A stretch of 32,000 nt of DNA from Psychrobacter cryohalolentis K5. Lineage in GTDB: Bacteria > Pseudomonadota > Gammaproteobacteria > Pseudomonadales > Moraxellaceae. The notes under the pieces are model-generated. The model did not search any database and was not told where the DNA came from. It saw only the letters and a list, made by a program, of their open reading frames with translations. The position numbers were made by a program, and so were the translations under genes. The stretch is taken from NCBI RefSeq assembly GCF_000013905.1, contig NC_007969.1, positions 30,001 through 62,000 of the forward strand, given 5' to 3'. This document shows, piece by piece, positions 27,543 to 32,000 of this stretch (position 1 is the first letter of the stretch; each line of letters starts with the position of its first letter).

Positions 27543-28745
27543 TTAACGAGCATATTTTGGATCAGCAGCAGCGGTAAATAAGACGTCTGTTGATGAGTTC
27601 AGAGCGGTTTCTGCAGAATCTTGTATGACGCCGATGATGAAGCCAATTGCGACTACTTGCATTGCAATGTCATTTGGAATACTAAATAGGCTTGCCGCTA
27701 ATGGAATCAGTAGCAATGAACCACCAGCAACACCAGATGCGCCGCAGGCACTAATCGTTGCTACCAAGCTTAATAGCAGGGCTGAGGCAAACGTCACTTC
27801 GATACCGAGCGTATGAGCAGCAGCAAGCGTTAAAACGTTAATGGTGATTGCAGCGCCCGCCATATTGATGGTAGCACCCAGGGGAATGGTCACTGAATAG
27901 GTGTCTTCATGTAGACCCAATTTACGGGCAAGGTTCATATTAACGGGGATGTTTGCCGCTGATGAGCGGGTAAAGAAGGCGGTGATACCAGACTCACGTA
28001 AGCAGATAAACACGAGCGGATAAGGATTTTTTCCTGTCTTAACTAAGATAATGAGTGGATTGACGACTAGCGCGATAAATAGCATACAACCGACCAATAC
28101 CATCAAGATGCGTGCATAGCCAGCTAAAGCTTCAAAGCCTGTCTCAGCGACGGTATTGGCAACCAAACCCAAAATACCAAAAGGCGCTAAGGCAATAACC
28201 CATTTTACCACTTGTGAGATGGCATCAGAAAAATCACCGACCACGGTACGAGCAGTATCACTCGCCTGACGTAAAGCAAAACCAATGATAATTGCCCATG
28301 CCAAAATACCAATATAGTTGGCTTCAGCGATAGCCTGAACGGGGTTGGCGACCAAATTCATCAGCAAGTTGGTCAACACTTCTTTTAAATTTGCTGGCGG
28401 TACTTGCTCAATTACCGCATTGACTAAAACCAGCTCGGTTGGAAATAAGAAGCTTGCCCCTACAGCAGTCAGCGCTGCTAAAAAAGTGCCAAACATATAC
28501 ATGATCAGCACGGGTTTAACATAGACCTCGTTGCCACTACGATGTTGGCTAATGGCTGCCATGACCAAAACGAATACCAGTATCGGCGCGACGGCTTTTA
28601 GTGCCCCCACAAATAAAGTACCCAATAATCCTAATGCAATACCAACATTTGGTGCCAACCAACCTATTAATACCCCTAATACTAAACCGATAATAATAAG
28701 CGGTACCAGTCCTATACGCTGGTACATCGCAATCAATGAACGCAT
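27543..28745 (-). CDS. sstT: Serine/threonine:sodium symporter (DAACS family)
   Basis: 400 aa polytopic membrane protein. The N-terminus ...[19 protein letters not shown] and [13 protein letters not shown] are as in SstT. Confidence 0.85.
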   Translation of the reverse strand: MRSLIAMYQRIGLVPLIIIGLVLGVLIGWLAPNVGIALGLLGTLFVGALKAVAPILVFVLVMAAISQHRSGNEVYVKPVLIMYMFGTFLAALTAVGASFLFPTELVLVNAVIEQVPPANLKEVLTNLLMNLVANPVQAIAEANYIGILAWAIIIGFALRQASDTARTVVGDFSDAISQVVKWVIALAPFGILGLVANTVAETGFEALAGYARILMVLVGCMLFIALVVNPLIILVKTGKNPYPLVFICLRESGITAFFTRSSAANIPVNMNLARKLGLHEDTYSVTIPLGATINMAGAAITINVLTLAAAHTLGIEVTFASALLLSLVATISACGASGVAGGSLLLIPLAASLFSIPNDIAMQVVAIGFIIGVIQDSAETALNSSTDVLFTAAADPKYAR

Positions 28746-28939
28746 CTATACACCCTCAACCTTGTCAATAAATAAGATATTTATAGCGAAAACAGAAAAA
28801 TAATCGGAGGATGGTAGCATTTTTTGGGATAAGCGCCTACCTTTAACCCGCATCTGACTGGGATGATAGAGCTAAAGAAAAGGCATTATATGTGGCAAAA
28901 AGAATGATTTTATCGTAACAAATAAAGCGGTTTGAGGAA

Positions 28940-29395
28940 TTAAACTGTAAAGTGGGTCAGCTCATAGCCGAGTTGTTGATAGCTTTTATATTTATGACGA
29001 CCTTCTTGCACACTAGCTGCATCAGGTTTTATCAGCTCAAGGACACGAGTAGGTTTCGCATTGATAGTAGCTGTCATAAAAGTGCTTACTGGATGTATAG
29101 TGGTATTAAGAACCATACCTTTAAAGTTAGCAGGCATATAATTGCTAAGAAGTACAGGCGCTAACGCTTTATGGTTGATATCAGTATCAGCATTCAAAAG
29201 GCGTTGATGGGGGATAAAGCTAGTAGCCTCTTGCTCCCATAATGCCTTATCAAGCGTCGATAGCAATTCATCATCGTCGATAAGAATTAACAACGATTGA
29301 TTGCTTTTATTAAGCGCGGTTTGGGTCAGCTGACAAATAAAGCCCAAGAAATCTTGGGCTTTATTCTCAGTTAATACATAGAAGCTAACGTTCAT
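28940..29395 (-). CDS. holC: DNA polymerase III subunit chi
   Basis: 151 aa. FYVLTEN..., LDKALWEQEATSFIPH, and conserved pepA-holC adjacency. Confidence 0.8.
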   Translation of the reverse strand: MNVSFYVLTENKAQDFLGFICQLTQTALNKSNQSLLILIDDDELLSTLDKALWEQEATSFIPHQRLLNADTDINHKALAPVLLSNYMPANFKGMVLNTTIHPVSTFMTATINAKPTRVLELIKPDAASVQEGRHKYKSYQQLGYELTHFTV

Positions 29396-29402
29396 AAACT
29401 GA

Positions 29403-29444
29403 TTTTCATTAATTGGTTTTCATTAATTGGTTCTCATTAATAAG
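29403..29444. repeat. 14-bp tandem repeat, 3 units, in the pepA-holC spacer
   Basis: ttttcattaattgg (29403-29416), ttttcattaattgg (29417-29430), ttctcattaataag (29431-29444). Confidence 0.85.
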
Positions 29445-31124
29445 TTATGCCATGTTTGCACTATTTCTCAGATATTGCATAAATAACGGTACAGGACGAC
29501 CAGTCGCAGCTTTGTCTTGACCTGAAATCCATGCCGTACCAGCGATGTCTAAATGCGCCCATGCTTGGCCTTCTTCTATAAAGCGCGATAAGAAACATGC
29601 AGCAGTAACAGCGCCAGCACCTTTACCACCGATATTTTGAATATCAGCAATAGGCGAGTCAATCTGCGCTTGATACTCGTCATCCATTGGCATGTGCCAG
29701 ATAAGATCACCCGATAAATGACTCGCGTTTTCTAAGTCAAACAACACATCTTCGTCATTACTAAAGACCGCTGAGCGGACGTGACCTAGCGCAACCACAC
29801 AAGCACCAGTCAAGGTTGCGACATCGATGATGGCTTTTGGCTGATAATACTTCTGTACATAGCACAAGGTATCGCACAGTACTAAACGACCTTCAGCATC
29901 GGTATTTAATATCTCAACTGACTTACCGTTCATTGCTATGATGATATCGCCAGGACGCGTCGCCTCTCCTGATGGCATATTTTCAGCACAAGCTAGCGCA
30001 CCGACGACGTTGATAGGTAGACGCGCTTCACATAATGCTTTTAGGGTACCGATTACCGCAGCAGAACCGCCCATATCAAATTTCATCTCATCCATCGCCG
30101 CACCCGGTTTGATTGAGATACCACCTGAATCGAAGGTGACGCCTTTACCAACCAATACGATAGGCGAGTCGTCATTTGCAACTTGCACATCGTCATTACT
30201 ATCTTGTTTCGCATTTTTAGCGGCTTTTTTGCTAGTAGCTTTGCTAGGTAACTTATCAGCCAATGCTTTTAGACCACCCGCTACTTTTGCGCTGTTGATA
30301 ATGGCTTTGCTAGTATCGCCATCAGCATTGACGCTAAAATTAGACTTGCCACGATATTCCATTAACACCAGCTTGCCCTCTTTGGTCGAGCCTTGCGCGA
30401 CCGATAAGAAGCAGTTCATACCTAATGCTGACATCTCTTTTTCACCTAATACGGTGACTTTTAAGAGGTCAGGATAAGTGGCTGCCAATTCCTGTGCTTG
30501 CTCAGCCATATACGCTGGGAAACAGATATTACCCGGCTCATTGGCGACATCACGGGTTAAGCTTTGACCAGTAAAGACCGCTTGTGCAAAGTTTAACGAT
30601 TCCTCTAAAGATGGCTCTGCCAGTAAGTAAATATCCGTTAAAACAGGCGTTTGCTGCTCAGATTTGTACTTATCAAAACGATAGCTTGCTGCCAGTAGGC
30701 TCAACGCGAATTGACTAAAATGGTTTTCTTCTAAAGCATCGCCCAGCGCAACAGTGATAGAGTCAACACGCTTTTGCGTGCTCTTATAAATGGTATTGGC
30801 AATTTTTTCTAGAACGCTATGACGTAATTTATCAACATTACCCACACCGACCAATAACAGCTGTACTGGATTTTCTTTGGTGGTTTTTTTATCGCCAGCC
30901 AGCGCATAGTCAGCAACCGTCTCACAAGCTTTGCCATTAAAGTGCGATACTTCAATCAATTGCTCAATACGGGTTTGATAATCACTTAATACCGACTCAG
31001 CTAAGATATTTTTCTTATCATCAATTAAGACGACGAGGCAAGCGGCATCTTTGCTTTTAGCTTCTTTTTTAAGAATTTTTTGTGTATGGGTTTTCGGTAA
31101 ACTTTGCGTTAATTTAATATTCAT
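29445..31124 (-). CDS. pepA: Leucyl aminopeptidase (M17) with a lineage-specific low-complexity insertion
   Basis: 559 aa. VGKGVTFDSGGISIKP, NTDAEGRLVLCD, and metal-binding motifs. An extra K/A/D-rich segment of about 55-60 aa lies before PIVLVGKG. Confidence 0.9.
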   Translation of the reverse strand: MNIKLTQSLPKTHTQKILKKEAKSKDAACLVVLIDDKKNILAESVLSDYQTRIEQLIEVSHFNGKACETVADYALAGDKKTTKENPVQLLLVGVGNVDKLRHSVLEKIANTIYKSTQKRVDSITVALGDALEENHFSQFALSLLAASYRFDKYKSEQQTPVLTDIYLLAEPSLEESLNFAQAVFTGQSLTRDVANEPGNICFPAYMAEQAQELAATYPDLLKVTVLGEKEMSALGMNCFLSVAQGSTKEGKLVLMEYRGKSNFSVNADGDTSKAIINSAKVAGGLKALADKLPSKATSKKAAKNAKQDSNDDVQVANDDSPIVLVGKGVTFDSGGISIKPGAAMDEMKFDMGGSAAVIGTLKALCEARLPINVVGALACAENMPSGEATRPGDIIIAMNGKSVEILNTDAEGRLVLCDTLCYVQKYYQPKAIIDVATLTGACVVALGHVRSAVFSNDEDVLFDLENASHLSGDLIWHMPMDDEYQAQIDSPIADIQNIGGKGAGAVTAACFLSRFIEEGQAWAHLDIAGTAWISGQDKAATGRPVPLFMQYLRNSANMA

Positions 31125-31375
31125 ATATTGTTATCCTTATTAGATGAATGCATTTTTTTAAAAGCGTGAATACAGTAAGGTGTCAAATTTAAAAAGATAT
31201 CAAATTTTAACTGCTAACGCATTTGAATCGGTAGTGTATTCTAACTGCTACTTATCTTAAATAGCACGCCTATCAAGCAAGCATAGTAGTGTAGCATATC
31301 GGCATACAGTACGCAGTTAGCAAGGGTTAGGTAATGTTTCTGGAGCTATTTCTTGCATTATTTTAGCGTCAGTCA

Positions 31376-31981
31376 TTAGTTGTTAGTCAACTTATCAGTC
31401 GCTACTAGAGCGGCAAATCTATCTTGAAGTGCAGCCATCGCACTATCATGCACAGTACTAGCCATTATGACTTGTCCTGCAACACTAGGCAGATCGCGCG
31501 TGGCACAAGCATCATGACACACGAAATTTTCAAAACCCAAATCAAAGGCTGCTCTGACGCTTGAGCTGACGCACATATGGCTCATAAAGCCTGCAAAAAT
31601 AATTTGTTGCTTACCAGCCGATTTTATTAGCGCTTGCAGCTCGGTATCATAAAATGCATTAGGGTGCATTTTAACAATGGTTTTTTCGTCATTAATGGGC
31701 TGCAGGCTATTAATAATATCTACTTTTGATGATAATGGATTGAAAATTTTATCATTATCCTGCCCGTGATGAGTAACATGAAATATCGGGATAGCTTCGC
31801 TTCTAGCTCTATCGAGTAGCAGGCACGCGTTCGCAGTAGCTTTATTACCGGCATCACCTAACGGCATCGCGCCGTCAACATATTCATTCTGAAAATCAAT
31901 CATGACGATAGCGCAATTTGACCAATCAATCTCATTAAATTGACCACCAGCTAATCCAAGTAAAGTAGAGGGAATAGACAT
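31376..31981 (-). CDS. Isochorismatase-family cysteine hydrolase
   Basis: 201 aa. AIVMIDFQNEY, and FAGFMSHMCVSSSVRAA (catalytic Cys context) typical of the isochorismatase/nicotinamidase-like family. Confidence 0.75.
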   Translation of the reverse strand: MSIPSTLLGLAGGQFNEIDWSNCAIVMIDFQNEYVDGAMPLGDAGNKATANACLLLDRARSEAIPIFHVTHHGQDNDKIFNPLSSKVDIINSLQPINDEKTIVKMHPNAFYDTELQALIKSAGKQQIIFAGFMSHMCVSSSVRAAFDLGFENFVCHDACATRDLPSVAGQVIMASTVHDSAMAALQDRFAALVATDKLTNN

Positions 31982-32000
31982 TTTATGCTCCGTTAATTAG

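Noticed and set aside
29938-30477. 179-aa ORF antisense to pepA
   Set aside because: Shadow ORF inside a canonical M17 aminopeptidase gene, with no motifs.
1-32000. Searched by eye for CRISPR arrays, tRNA/rRNA genes, integrases or transposases, and toxin-antitoxin pairs
   Set aside because: None found. The only tandem repeats are the 27-bp-phased palindromes (961-1035) and the 14-bp triplication (29403-29444), and neither has CRISPR-like repeat/spacer structure.

Overview
The window looks like a chromosomal segment of an AT-leaning gammaproteobacterium. Gene content and protein sequences suggest Moraxellaceae, possibly Psychrobacter-like; this is an inference that I could not check by search. 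Most of it is ordinary housekeeping DNA: an NMO-family oxidoreductase, DsrE-like protein, thioesterase, yheT-like hydrolase, yigZ, rsuA, a DsbC/G-like isomerase, dnaJ, dapB, an ODC-like decarboxylase, def, mpl, an NlpE-like lipoprotein, dsbB, gshA, erpA, a YheS-type ABC-F ATPase, an RlpA-like protein, cbpA-cbpM, sstT, holC, pepA and an isochorismatase-family hydrolase. Many of these genes are separated by clear hairpin terminators. I found no rRNA, tRNA, CRISPR array, transposase or integrase. The stand-out region is 850-4385. It is a low-GC two-gene cassette (1051-2241 and 2231-4309, overlapping by 11 nt) inserted between two oppositely oriented core genes. Both products are P-loop NTPases of the Arch_ATPase/STAND-like type with winged-helix-like segments. 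The second also carries a roughly 290-aa, extremely AT-rich helical-repeat (TPR-like) C-terminus. Neither has a recognisable effector domain. Just upstream of the cassette, three 16-bp palindromes spaced exactly 27 bp apart overlap a near-consensus sigma70 promoter. I rank this as the best candidate for an undescribed NTPase-based conflict/defence or regulatory module. Secondary observations are a dispersed 14-bp palindrome GTTTCACGTGAAAC (two perfect and two 13/14 copies), an orphan mini-secretin-like gene, a DsbC-like protein with an apparently duplicated N-domain, a low-complexity insertion in PepA, and a 14-bp tandem triplication between pepA and holC.
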